DNA of 44,830 nt from Phoronis australis. Taxonomy: Eukaryota; Animalia; Phoronida. The notes beneath the pieces were generated by a model. The model had not been told where the DNA came from. It was given only the letters and a program-made list of their open reading frames with translations, and did no database searches. Position numbers and translations under genes: made by a program. The stretch spans positions 817,076 to 861,905 of the forward strand of contig NMRA01000022.1 in NCBI GenBank assembly GCA_002633005.1, given 5' to 3'. Shown piece by piece: positions 27,730-41,199 of this stretch (the first letter of the stretch is position 1; each line of letters starts with the position of its first letter).

Positions 27730-30700
27730 GCGCTTACTTACACGCATACACAAACACTGCGTGCGCGCGTATGTGTACGTGTTCGGCGAATAGATGTGTA
27801 ATGTGTTGTGTAATAAAGCGCAATGTAAATGGGTAGACATAGTTAAAGGAGAAACAAGTTGAATAATTATCTTAAATTTTGTTCTTGTACTGTGTCGAAA
27901 GTCCAGTAGACGAGTGGATATTTATCTTATCTAGAGCTGAAGAGGCTGTTTGATTTTCATTAATGATTCCAGGAATGTGAAATCGCAAATAGTGAGTTGT
28001 CATATTTGTTTTGTAAAATGCAATCGTGTAGGTAAGAAATGTTAAAATAAAGTTTCCTCTGAGTTTCAGTAAACTATATGGTATGTTGTTTCGGTTGTGA
28101 AATTATTTTGAAAGTAATGTGAAAGTTGATTGCGTAAAAACTTGTATTTCAAGCAGGATATACCAAGAATGTGTTGAAACAGACGTATTTTTGTCAAAAA
28201 TTGCATATTAGATTGGTATTGCAATGTAACGTGAGTTGCTGATTACTCTTAAAGCTCTGAAGAAGTTTGGCAAATGTTTCTTGAGTTAAACGAGTACACC
28301 ACAAGTTTGGGCATTTTTTGTCCCCACCCGATTAGGATGTTCTGACTGAAATAAAGTGACGACAAATGTTATTCCAAAAACCTTTCCTTTAACTGTTTAT
28401 AGCAAGGTTAGTCAATAATAAGAAAAAAAGGTACTGAAATTGACTTTGAGGTACACCTGTGATGGCAGATGACTTTTGGGAGAGGGTTGTCAAAAAGACA
28501 TACTGCAGTCGATGGGTTTGTAATATCTGAAGAATAAAGGGCTGGCTTCAGTTATACCGTAAAATGAAAGTTTGTCATGTCTACCATGGTATGTTGTACC
28601 AAAGGCTTTGGAAAGGTCTAAGAGATGGTTATTGGGTTTATTCTGGCACTGATTCACACGTCTGCTATTTGTGCCTCTGAGTTATAGTGTTGCGTATTCT
28701 GTAGATCTCAATTTCTGAAAACCATATTTTGATTTTCATACAAGAGATTAGTTGTATTAAGGTAGTCATGAATTAAAGTGATGGCGTGCAATGTTTTAAA
28801 AATGAGAAGAAAAGAAGTATAGAAATAGGCCTGTAGTTGTTATATCTAAGTTACTTCCTTTGCATAAAGGCTCAACTTTCAAATAAGTTTGGAAATTACC
28901 TGGCTGATGAAAGTAGGGAGGGAGTGAATTGACGTTGGCCGGAGTAATCAATTTCATAACTTTGGTAGACTAAGACAACGAAGACACACCACATGTAACC
29001 TTACCCCTTACAGCGACCAAAAGGCGAACAAATGGTTAACGTTTATTTAACTTCCTACAAAAGGAAGTGTGTATAAGAAATACATTTTTTCTATCTGTTA
29101 AGGCAAAAGGAGCTATTCTACAACTTTTTATTTTCGTGAAAGATTAACTTCCGCACACCTTTTCTATTTTTTGAGAAACTTCTCAAATTATGAAGGACTG
29201 GTGCAAAAGGAACCATTTTACACATTTTCAATTTTGCGAAATATCACCGTTCACAAACTTTTTGTTTTCTAAAGATTATTATTGTAATAACAGCTGAAGG
29301 AGCAAAGGCAATGAATACTTTTGCACTTTTTCAATTTTATGTATATCGTCTTTCGCACCCCTTTTGTTTTTCAGAAGTTCCAGATAGTGCAAATTTAAAA
29401 AAGTGCAAAAGTACTACTTCCGCATCTTCACATCACTTTCACACAGTGTTTAGTTTAGGAAAGACCATGTTTTTCAATTAAAATACATACTTTCACATGC
29501 TTCACTTCAAGTCTCGCGTGACAATTCGTGGCCATTTTTACGATTAGAGACTCGTGTGACCTAAGTCCCGTCCACGCACAAACTTAACCTAGAACAATTT
29601 CAGAAGAGCAACTGTCCCCACTTTAAGCGGAGCGTCCATACAAATTTATATGATAACTAGATAGCAAAGATCACAGTTCGAGTGGCTGATTTTTACGTTA
29701 TCACTGGTCTGGGTCAATGAAAGCTCTTGTTTGCAGCCTTTCTCAAGACACTTGAAAAAGGCATAACTGACAGAAGGCACACTCGATTTGGTTCCTCAGT
29801 GATGACTGAAGAAGTTCAACAAAGCCATGTGCCTTGCTATGTCCACCCGAAAAAATTTGAGTAGTCAAAAATGACACAAAAACTGCAATTTCCACTTCTT
29901 GAAGGGTACCTGGATTCGCGCCAAAAATTCAACACCAATCGAGGATGTGCTCTGAAAATGTAGGGACGTATCCGTATACGGATATATAAGGCAGAGGTCA
30001 AATTCATTTACTCAAAACAATTTCGAAGAACTACTGAAAACCACTCGTGACAATCACGCCCCATTTACTCCACAAAATTGGCGTCAAACCTGACCCACTC
30101 CGTTTTCTTAATTTGGGGAGGGGGGGCATCTACCGTGGCATTAGACCAGGCGGAAGTTGTCGCTCTGCACATGCGGACCAATGCAAAAAAAGCGGGAGTT
30201 AGGGTCTTAACCGGTATGTTAAACTTTTTCACATGTGTACCGTTGTCAAGATTTTCACTGACTGCTTTGTCTTCTGTAATAAAGAAAACATTTCGCTGCT
30301 AGAAGCTAAAAGACTTCAATTATGCTTCTCTGATATTGTTATACTCAAAAATCAATAAAGAATGAAAGAAAATATTCGAGGATTCGTTCAACAAACTCAC
30401 AGGAAACAACCTGAATTTGTTCCGTTTGGCGAATAGGCTCAGCCTAATGCCCACTTTCAAAGCCTTGAGGTTGTTTTTCATAAAATACTGCTGAAGGAAG
30501 TGTTGTAAAAACGACAGTAATCTATTTTTAAAAACTTGTGGTAATTCTTTGTAGACGTTAAAATATGACGACATTCGGATACTACGACATTTACAATAAG
30601 TGGTCATGTTTCAACCGTGAACAAATCCACAGATTTAAAACTCAGGCGCATGACACGGACTGGACGACAATAAAAGAAACACGGTCTCACAGTTACAAAT

Positions 30701-33700
30701 GTACAAGAGGTACGAAGTGCTAGTTCTGTGCATCGTTTGTATCATCCCGGTGCCCGAAGAGCTCGATACACCTGGACAAGCAGGTTGTCTCTGGAAGACC
30801 AAGCTGTCCCTAGAATAGATTCTGACTAGTTGCATGATGACTAACGTCTGCAAAACGCTTGCTAAAATCCGCACCAGTGTCTTTCATTACCATCTAATTG
30901 TGCTTAAATATACCCTGCTATTTATCGCGTTGGATTTGACTCAGCGGTTGCAATATTATTCCACAAGGACAGTCCGGTTAGCGAGCGCTCCATAGAGGAT
31001 GGAGATACGACCGACCTCTGTATACAGCTAGGCACTCGGCAAACATTGAAAGTAGTATTTCCGTTGGAGGTTGAGATTTATCTATGGACTATCTATTGCC
31101 TTATCGATACAGCACCTTAACGATATTTTAAATTGACACTTACGGAAATTAGAGTGGAAATCTGCTTCATTCCATTTGTTTTCACGATGAAATATTCTAT
31201 CGAAGATCGAGTATCGCAGTTGCCACTAACGTCTCAAAATAACAACTGACTCGATTTTATCAACTATAAAAACCATATAGAATTTATTTTTTGATTTTCC
31301 AAATATTTGGGCATCAAAAAGTGCGCTTATTAATCTTTGACTTTAACGTTAACTAGAAGCGAAGTGTAATAACTGATTGTATAAACGTTCTGCAAACGGT
31401 ACACGTCAACGACCACATGCTACTTCATTTAAAAACGATTTAAAAACTGATTGAATAAAAATGTTTCCGCTGAATAACATTCATTCTTTGAATCAGAACA
31501 CTGATATCCCAGAGCAGTATCAAAATGAACACAGAGTTCCACAAACTACGTTTCTCTGTACAGTCACATCATGTTAGTAAATCAAATAATTTCGAAAAGT
31601 GCATACTTTGTATATATGTGAATTTCTTTCAAGAACGACACATACGGCACGGTTACTTCCGCCGGCGTTTTCCCCTACATAGAATTTGAATTCTCAACTG
31701 CCTTTGTATGAAGTATATTATTAGTTCAAGTAGAAGAGAAATGTATATATTTGGGTAACTCTGGAATATCATATCTCAGAAATGACTGATCGGAGTCATG
31801 TGAACCTTTCAGATAATATACTTAACGTGCTATTCTCCAAAACGCTAACTCCTACGGTTTATCGAAAATACGACCTTTTAATTTCCAGAAAAATGTTGCA
31901 TAAAACGAAAACGAGATAATTTAAAAAACTTGAACGTTTATACCAAGCGAAATTTTATCACTTGGTTGTTATATTTTGTTTGCCAAGAATGTACAATTCT
32001 GTTAGCGCATGGTCGCAAAGATTCGTATAAGGTTACTAAATAAATTAAATTCTGCAACTTTTCTGCTTTCGAGAAATGTAATTATTCGTGTACTGAGCTA
32101 AAATCCATATTTTTGTAGACAAATGGCTAAATGTACAGACTTGTCGTTAATTTACTACAGAACGCGAAGAAAAAAGTGATGGAGTGTGTCTACGTGCGTC
32201 TTTGCCTCCTACGCTACTGCACAAGTTAGTTGCAGTGGTGACGTGCCCTATTGCTGTATGCTGATTGGCTAAACTCGCTCGCCCAATGTGTTGACACTAG
32301 TTACACTAACACGAAGAAAATATTAAATTAAGTTCAACGTTCTGAACATAAATATTTTTCAATGAAATTTAGTAACATTCCAGTAAGTTGTTGAAATTTT
32401 AACTTTTATTATACCGTTTCATTTGTCAGATTTCCAATATTTTCATGGAAAACAGCCCAATGAACAAGTAAATGCCACTACTAAGGTTGGCAATTCAAAA
32501 ATAAGACTTCTAATAATTTTCCGTTCCATGTTTGACAATCCCTGAAAATTTTTTGAACAACAGTTATAAGGTAAATAGATTTATTAAGCAAGCTGGTCAT
32601 ATACATATAATACAATATTGGTATGATCAAAATGACACTTCCACGCCTAGGGAAACTTCGACAATTTTCCCTGAGATTTAAATTATCCACACTTTCTTGT
32701 GAGAAAGGATTGTTGGATTTCTTCACTGCAGACCAGGATCGCTGGGATACTAAACTTTTTACATTAAATTAACCTAAGTGTAACTCGTAAATAGTAAACT
32801 TATGAACTAGTCTTGAAACAGACAAAAGTGATGTGTTGGAATCCATCATATTCAATTTATTTAACATTGAACAGGGAATGTTTATATCTCAAACAGCATA
32901 TTTTTATGACATAAACCGTGAAACTAATGGCCAGTAACATATCCTTTAAATACTAAATCTGTGTACCCTGATGGTTAACGTTCAAACATTATGACAACCC
33001 TTGCAACCAACGAAGTGCATACTTTCAGGAATACTGAGGAGCAAGTTGCAGATTGAACTTGATTAGCAGAAGGTTCCCGGCACCGAATTTCCATCCCCAA
33101 TCCACAACAGGCATTTCACCACCTACTATTCGTGAATTAGGAGTGGCATGCGCGGACCCAGCCCAAAATGAGGAGGGGGCTCGAATTTTGAGAATGTGAA
33201 CCATTTACTAAGATTCACGGGGTAAGTTTAGCGTTATGAATTGTGCATTCGCCAAATGTTGATAGTTCCTGCCTTTTTAGTGGTCTTCGACCTCGTTTTC
33301 TACTTTTCTCGAAGTTTTGTTTTTTTGGTCACTTCGCCAAATGGGGGGAGGGGTAAAGCTTGGGATCCGTACGGACCCCTCACGCCCGCCATAGGTGGAC
33401 GCAGCCCCCCGATCCTCCCTGTTGAATGGTAGTGCAATCTGAGGCTGTGACGCAAGAGGAATTATACCAGGCGGAAGTGATAACCGTACTCGTAGCAGTT
33501 TCACACGTTCACTTTCAGGATTAAAATATCCGGCTCATCATATTTTCGATAAAAAGTTGTTTCCGGACTTGGGAAAAACGGCCAATCCGGATGTGCCCGA
33601 CGTCACACGGCGGCGCTTAGCGGGTCTCTAGTATTTTTCTCCGACCATTAGTAACGTCTAACTTGATACCAGGGATTTCTATTCATTTTTGAAAGACGGC

Positions 33701-34761
33701 GGACTCGTAACATCTTCAAGTTTGAGTATTTCGTTAATTGCCGATACATTCCTCATAGTAACGAAGGGAATTGAGGCACCCCGTTTTGGTGTATGGCAAG
33801 CAGCGGCGAGCAAGACGAATTGACGTAAACGTTTCTGGCTAACAAGGAGCCGTCATCAAGTCTAGTGAAAGGATGGTAAAACCCGTTTTGGAAGGTTTGC
33901 CAAACGTTGGTGCACGCTGCATTGTTGGTATCTTACCAAATCTATTAATGCATTATTCAACCCGAAAACTATTTCATATTGTTTCATCATTCGATTTTGT
34001 GTTTTGAACGGCGGCCTTTCCCTCAAGTGTCGTTGATTCACCTTAAGCATTAGTGAGATTTGTTAATTTAGAAGACCTTGTAAGGAATCGAAACCATTCA
34101 AGCAATGCCGCTGACGCCCACATGTTCTTTAGCTGTTCAAACAGAACTACTTTCCCCCAATCAACACGTCCGTCATGGAACACCCTTTTAAATGTCTAGC
34201 CCAAAGAACGTTTGGTGGGGTCTCGATAAGAATTGATTGATCACGTAGGCCTTGTGTTTACAGAGTCCGGCTAGTGTGTTTATTGAGTCCGCCCACTGAA
34301 TTGTTTTGACACCGTGCACCTTCACACAGAGACATCAGTGAGCACGCAAGGAAACATCGATCTGAGAATCGGCTTGTGAACTCACCAGGGACGCTGCCCA
34401 CTGTCACAGCGCCACCTACATCGGCTAAACACTTCTCGAGCAATGAACAGGAATGTACAGAGACATGCAACGGGACAACATTAAGTAGGAGGAAGCGTGA
34501 CTATATGACTGATTTTAAAGCAGAAAATATACGACTTCTGATATTAAGTGATTTTAAACAATATTGACTTTCAAAATTTACAGAGACCCGGCGTGCGTTC
34601 CGGACACCGCGAGAACCTCACAAAAACGCAAGACCACACAAGACTGTTGCATAGTGAGTGGGCCTTAATTAAGAGAGTTTCTGGTTCCATTAAGCTCTGC
34701 ATGGGGCTGATCACAGAAAAAGAATTTCCTAAACAATATTGTCACTTTAAGTGGATTTAAG

Positions 34762-34950
34762 TGGTAAAATCACGGACCTTGATTTCAGCGAATGTCTGGC
34801 AGACGATACTTGGTGATTTGAAGTAAATTACAAAAAACACAACGAATATTATCGTTTTATAGCTCTGGTCAACGCCAATACTTCGAAAAGTCTATCACAT
34901 TCAACGATAATCCCCAAAATGCGTAAAATGATAACGTAGTCCTTTTAATT
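34762..34950 (+). repeat. Dispersed repeat, diverged copy of ~25280-25480
   Basis: Same collinear similarity as the 25280-25480 copy. Confidence 0.6.
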
Positions 34951-34961
34951 GCTCGTCCGGC

Positions 34962-34963
<2 letters not shown>

Positions 34964-35014
<51 letters not shown>

Positions 35015-35058
35015 NATCATCATCTCATCATCATCATCATCATCTCATCATCATCATC
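34964..35058. repeat. (CA)n and (CAT)n microsatellites joined across an N
   Basis: Direct reading; N at 35015. Confidence 0.9.
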
Positions 35059-35491
35059 TTGGACCCTGTACACAAACTTCAAATAATAACGAAAAGCGCA
35101 CCCTGGGAACCGAATTTGTGAACATATTTGTTAACAACATCACCTCGTCAAATAATGTGAGTTCAGATGAAATCTTAAAGCCTAGAATAATGATAACTTA
35201 ATATGACATACGCGTCGTCACAATATTTTTGCAAAAAGACCAAAGTATATTTTTGGCTATTTGGACGCCAAAGATCAGAAAACGGACAGAACGTCGAGAA
35301 GCATTTTTTCGCGGATGCATGTTGGCTTAAGCTGGAAAAATCAACGAAACGACAAACATTTCGACTTGTTTGTCGGATAAACTCTAGAATGATCCGATAA
35401 CGTTCGAGTTTAAAGCCTGGTACGCGTTTTCTAATCTATTCATTTTATCAATATCATTTCAGTATAGCTCGTTAGCAGCCCTTCGATAACA

Positions 35492-35660
35492 CAAACTTCG
35501 TTGAAAAGACGACTAAACTTTTTGTTTGAAAGCTTGATACAGAACCTCTCGTAGCGTCGAAACAATATCCTTTCTTCGGGTGTGCAGCTACATAACACTA
35601 CGAGCGACTCTGCATCAAGCTTTCAAACAAAAACTTTAGTCGTCTTTTCAACGATGTTTG
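35492..35660. repeat. Foldback palindrome with ~65-bp arms (hairpin MITE-like)
   Basis: 35492-35557 is near-perfectly complementary to 35595-35660. Confidence 0.85.
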
Positions 35661-37251
35661 AATAACAAATGGAAAGATTAATTCGGAAATCCAAAAGCCG
35701 TTTATCCCGAATGGACAGGTGAACGGAAATCACTTTACAATAAGCTCATTATGGTCAACTAGTTGTTCGAATTACACGATGCCTCCATATCTTTATTTTA
35801 AATGAGTTTCTTTAATTTCATAAATTTTGCTCAACGTCTTTAAAAGAGAGGAAGCAACTCATACACCAACCCACAAACTCGTGCACGCACTCACAAGCAC
35901 GGGTTCCTCTCCACTCCTACAACAAAACACGGTGACCCACTCACAAACTCGTGCGAGGAGTTCAGGCCCGTAGCCAGGATTACGCAAGGGGTGGTTCGGG
36001 GCGACGGCCCCGGGCATCCACATGGGGGGTGGGAAACCACTCGATTAACAAACTGTTTAAAATGGCGACTAATTCGTAGTTACATTGAATAAAGTTTCTA
36101 TTTTATGTTTCAGTTTTAACTTTTCTTAGTATTAGGGTAGATAGAGGGCCATCCAGTAAAATATCGCCGCAGGCATCACCAGACTTCTGCACGATACTGC
36201 TAACAATTCCTCTGTAATGTTGTCATCTACTAACCGTTTATGCAAGCGAGCACGAGTTCTCTGTTGTTGGACGTAACCTCGTCACCAACAACGGAATAAA
36301 TTTTGGATCTTATATTTCCTTTAAAACGTACGTTTGTGTGACGTGTTTACAAATGATCTCGAAATTTCATTTTGAATGTAAGCCGAAATATACATGTCGT
36401 TCTCCATTTTCTGTAAATGTTTCATCGTAGGTATACTTTTCTAGATAGCCGTTACATTCTGCCAATTCTTCAGCGTCAATGGAATACACTGACAGCCGCA
36501 ATGAAAAATCGCTTTAGCTGTCTACTTCAGATTGTGTCTATTTTCCTTTATCTACGCGTTCACCTTTCTGTATAAGACTACGTCAGTACCGTTTTACGAA
36601 TTTCTGACGTTGGACACCTCTTACATCAAGCCTGTTGCACGTATGAAGTGTGCCAGGTCGTGCACTATACTGATTTGCTGTCAGCCAACGTGAGAAACTT
36701 TTTTCATTGACCAAAGATTTGTTGACAGACCTAGGCATTCTTGTTTCAGAATACTGTGAATAAGCAGCCGTGCTCACGTTTAGGGGTTTCTGCAGGAATA
36801 CGCGGCTAAACGTCTGGTCTTGAGCAACAAGGACTGTAGTGAAGTTACGTATGCCGAATGGAAACACATTTTTGTGGTTGGTGTTCAACTATATCCTTAC
36901 CATAGCGGATAGGTTGGGGCAGGACCTTTTCCGCGGGTTGGGGAGAGGAGGGGTTCGATCGAGCCCTCCGGCTACGGACCTGCACTTCACGACTGCCTGT
37001 CATTTTGGACAATCAGTGATATATCTGTTTGTAAGGAGCTGTCGTTTTCAGAGCGTAAGCCTTGTTTTTGGAGTCTGCCACCAGGTTTTCCATGTGTTTG
37101 TGTGTGGGTGAATTGTCCTAGTAACCGGACCCGTGAATCGTGGTTATGTGTGAGGAAAAATGTTTATGAGTGAGACAATCGTTTTGATTTCACTCCTTGA
37201 GACTGAACCCCACACAAGGAATTACACGAATACAAAAATCTTTGCACAGTT

Positions 37252-38397
37252 TCAGCAATGACGTGAACCATTTCTAGAGCCTAGCTGGATGACGCCACTG
37301 AAAGATGTCGACGTAGGAGATCGTTGACGTTTCACTCTAATCATCGTCAGAAATTCTTTTCTAAATCGCTTTCCGCTGGCAAGATAAACAACTAAGTTAA
37401 TAGCGTGGTTCGTGTACAGGCACATCCTAGTCAAAACCTCAAACAACTGAAACTGTGCATTCTCAGTCGGATCGTCTTTGTTCCATTGTGACTCTAAGAG
37501 GAACTCTAGGTGACTGGGTGTTGTTAAGCACAGAAACACCATAGCAACCACCACAGACATTATTGTCATTGAGTGCATTTGATAAGAGTCACGTTGTTTT
37601 TGTAGAGCTTTATCATTGTTCAAATAAAGAGATTGTTCGGACGCCGACATTCCGCGAGAGGAAACCCTCGCCATTGTCCTTTTGGCCTTTTTTAGCTGAT
37701 AGACTATTCGCACACTGCAGATAATCATTGTGGTAAACGGCCCGAGAGCGTACAGACCTATGACACAATACGGTCGTACGTGTCGCCAATAAAATTTTTG
37801 CTCTACGCCCGGATATCCGCATTCGATAGTTTTGTTAACCGTACCATTTTGTACAGTGATTATCTCACGCCCTTTGGCCCAGAATACGCTGACGTTCTCG
37901 AGAACAACGAGAAACGCGACCAATGCAAGCACTTTTTTAGTTCTCGAAAGAGTACACATAGTGCGGGCCCGGAAGGGATGGCAAACGGAGATGAATCGTT
38001 CCAGCGACACTGTAACCAGGATCCATGCGGAAAAATCGAGCCCAAAGTACAGGAAAAAGCGATGTAACTTGCAGCACCATTCGTTGACATTTCGAAAATC
38101 CCAACCACTCAGTTCTTTGGTATAGCTCCGAGTTAATCCGGTTAGTAGCACCAGTAAATCGGCCAAAGCAAGAGCAGAGAAGCAAAATCCGACAGAGCTC
38201 TTTCTGAAGCTTAGCCGTCTGGTAACCAAAAAGCACAGAATGTTTCCAATAAATCCAAATATAAGTAAAATAGGTGAGCAAGTTAGCCAAATATATTTAG
38301 CCACTTTACTAGCTAAAACGTCTCCCGAGGCTTCGCCAGCGTTTGTTATCGAGGTCGACATGTTGGTCATATTGTCTTCAAAGAGAGAGTACTCCAT
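37252..38397 (-). CDS. Class A (rhodopsin-like) GPCR, peptide-receptor-like (FMRFamide/sex-peptide/GPR139-like lophotrochozoan expansion type), 381 aa
   Basis: Seven hydrophobic segments; GN (TM1), LALAD (TM2), ECL1 W..CK, ERF (DRY variant), P in TM5 and TM6, NHAINLVVY (NPxxY variant), helix 8 KRFRKEF, N-terminal NxT/S sites. A minus-strand acceptor ttttgtttccatag ends at 38425, implying a 5'UTR intron. Confidence 0.93.
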   Translation of the reverse strand: MEYSLFEDNMTNMSTSITNAGEASGDVLASKVAKYIWLTCSPILLIFGFIGNILCFLVTRRLSFRKSSVGFCFSALALADLLVLLTGLTRSYTKELSGWDFRNVNEWCCKLHRFFLYFGLDFSAWILVTVSLERFISVCHPFRARTMCTLSRTKKVLALVAFLVVLENVSVFWAKGREIITVQNGTVNKTIECGYPGVEQKFYWRHVRPYCVIGLYALGPFTTMIICSVRIVYQLKKAKRTMARVSSRGMSASEQSLYLNNDKALQKQRDSYQMHSMTIMSVVVAMVFLCLTTPSHLEFLLESQWNKDDPTENAQFQLFEVLTRMCLYTNHAINLVVYLASGKRFRKEFLTMIRVKRQRSPTSTSFSGVIQLGSRNGSRHC

Positions 38398-39668
38398 CTC
38401 TCAAGACGTCTTCCAAACGTGTTTCTATGGAAACAAAATCAAGTCAAGTCTTAGTAAAATAGTATCATGAAACATTCAATACAAACAAACAATAACCAGT
38501 GTGTATTACAATAACTGCACTCGATTGACTTTGCCGGGTCAACCCGATAAGACATCTGATTAGTCTGTAAGCCGGAAGTCGTTATGGAGAACCAATCAGA
38601 TGCGTTAGTCGGTTGTCCGGGCGGAACCGGCGAAAACAATCAAGTGCAGCCAATGAATTGGATGAAATCTTGGCAGTTTCAAAGAATCAAGAAGAAGTAA
38701 CAATGTAAACAGTTATTCATATTATGCAAACACCTCCAAAGGATTCCTCCCAACGCAAGCACGTAGTTCTTATCCAGTTGGGGTTACCATTTTACCTAAG
38801 CGGAAAAGTCACGTGCGCCTATTGTTTGTCTACTGTGGCGCTCACGTACACGCCATACTGATCACGGGAACTGCGTGAAGTAGGAACACTATGCACTATC
38901 GACACGAATCCAATTGTTGGTAAACGAACGCCTGTTAAACGAAGAGTTTAGTAGTAGGACGCAGACGCACGTGGACGCAGTTACCTGTTCCATCTAATGC
39001 ATCGTGTAACCTGCGTAGAGTTGCTAAGTGAGGCGTATCGGAGTGTACCAAAATTAGGGTGCGTACTCCTGAAAAACAATGCGCTGGTTATGCACTTGCT
39101 GACGTTTTCTTTGCAATTGCGTGGGCATGGCGTACCGTAGAATAGTGTTGACTCAACTTGTGTGTAGACTTGCATAAAACTACCCACTTTCTGCGACCGG
39201 TGCTCTATGCCTAAAGTACGCCGGACAACATTTTTGACGTTCATCTCGTGAACCCCTCTGCGTCCCTCACAGTATTGACGGGTAGGTACAACCTGGACAC
39301 AACGTAGGGCAGATCGATGCACTTGCTAGCTAAGTGACGCCTGTGCTCCATAAGGCAACATTTGCGTTAGAAATTGAAATGCTTACCGATATTTTTAAAA
39401 TGACTGGTCAAAGTAACTTGACGTGTAGAATAACGAATCAGAGGTAGAATTCAAGACGCAGTCCTAACTGGATCATAAATACTTTTTTACAATACAATTA
39501 TTTACCCAGAAATCATTATAAATGGTTAGTGGACATGGCTGTCATTGGGTCAACTCAGCTACATATCCTTACAACATAAATAACAATGCCTCATTCATAC
39601 AGAACAAATCGGTATTTTAAAAATAACTCATAATAATTTGGCGTACAATTAACATGACCTTATTATAA

Positions 39669-41000
39669 ACTAGAGCAACGCGCAGCGTTGAAGTGTGCCC
39701 ACGAATGCACCGCAAACGGTGTGCTTCTCAATGGGTTCATTTGTATCATAAAAATGTCCACTACATTGTGCAAAATACTTCGAATCCATCAAAAACGAAG
39801 AAAAAAACAACAACAAAAAAGAAAAAAACGGGAAAATGTCACCGTTTCTGTAACAGAAACCTATTTACCACAGTTCATGAAAACCCGTCAAGGAACTTTA
39901 GAGAAACAGAGTAAAACGGGGAAAAATGAAATTGCCTCTAGGGGGCACAACGTTCGTCAGATCCGTCTGAAAGTGGTCGTCTTCTGTTGTCAACTTCATA
40001 TTAAAACACTTGCTAAATTTAATAAAGATCCTGCAGAGGGCTTGGGAGATACCACTGTGAACACAAAAAAGAAAACTGCCACTAGGAGGCGCCCCAGTAA
40101 TTGAAGTCGTTGGAAAATCATCGTCAACCGTGCTCTTCACACTATGAACATATAAGCTAATTTTCACAATCATACTAATAAGAGTGGTTTGGTTGACAGA
40201 GGGCGGACGCCAAAATCAGACTAGAAAACAATAAAAATGATCACAAGATGGCGCAAAATACGTCGAATCCGTCAGAAAACCAGAAAATATCATCGTTTCT
40301 TTAACAGAAAGCGATTTACCAAATTTCACGAAAATTCGTCAAGGAACTTTCGAGAAATAAAGGAAAACGGAAAAATGAAATTGCCACAAGGGGGCATAGT
40401 GTTTGTGGGATCCGTCTGAGAGTCGTCGTCTTCTGTTGTCAATCTCATATAAATACACGTGCTAAATTTAACAAAGATCTTGCAGAGGGCTTAGGAGATA
40501 CAGGCATGGGCGCAAAAAACAAAACTGCCACTAGGGGGCGCCACAGTAGTCGAAGTCGTCGGAAAATCATCGTCAACCGCCTTCTTCATAGTAAGAACAT
40601 ACATGCCAATTTTCACAATCATCCTTAGAGCGGTTTGGTTGATAGTGGGGCGGACGCCAAAAACAGACTCGAAAATAGTAGAAATGGCCATTAGATGGCG
40701 TGAAATGCCTCGAATCCATCCGAAAACGGGAGGACAGCGTCAACTCCTTGACAGATGCCTATGGGCCAAATTTCATAAAAATCTGTTGAGGACTTTGAAG
40801 ATACAGAGGCAAACGTAAAAAACTAAGGTATTCCGGTCGGTCCGAAACTCGTCTCTCTCTGTCGCCAACCCCATAGAAACACGCCTGTCAAATTTCAATT
40901 AGATCTTCCAAGTTGTGTAGGAGATACAACCGCGGACGCCGGACGCCCAGACAGAGATGACGGCAATATGCACCCATACATAAATATGTGAGCGCATTAA
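39669..41000 (-). mobile_element. Helentron-like element, copy 3
   Basis: Reverse-complement copy: 3' end CAACGC-TGC-GCGTTG-CTCTAGT at 39669-39690, subterminal IR at 40988-40997, six internal units. Confidence 0.8.
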
Positions 41001-41199
41001 GAGGGCAGTGGAAAGGGGAGGGAAGGTCTTTCATACACTCATTCAGACTCAGATTCACTTAACTGAATTAACTTAAATTGCATTTACATTTACAAATGTT
41101 TGTCTTCTCGAAAAAATGTCACTTTCGCAACAATGAGACAAAAAGTGGATAACAATACCATCACTATTGTTTGATTAATTTTAAAGAGATGCCTGCAAA

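Noticed and set aside
35963-36982. Possible 1-kb TIR element (caggcccgtagcc / ggctacggacctg)
   Set aside because: Short IR with no TSD; likely separate repeat ends.
37613-38470. ORFs overlapping or antisense to the GPCR (similarly for HSPA9 exons and IL-17)
   Set aside because: Shadow frames of real coding sequence.
39688-40818. Several 60-138 aa ORFs (also 5358-5637 and 17661-17861)
   Set aside because: They lie within the non-coding Helentron-like repeat and show no Rep/Helicase motifs.
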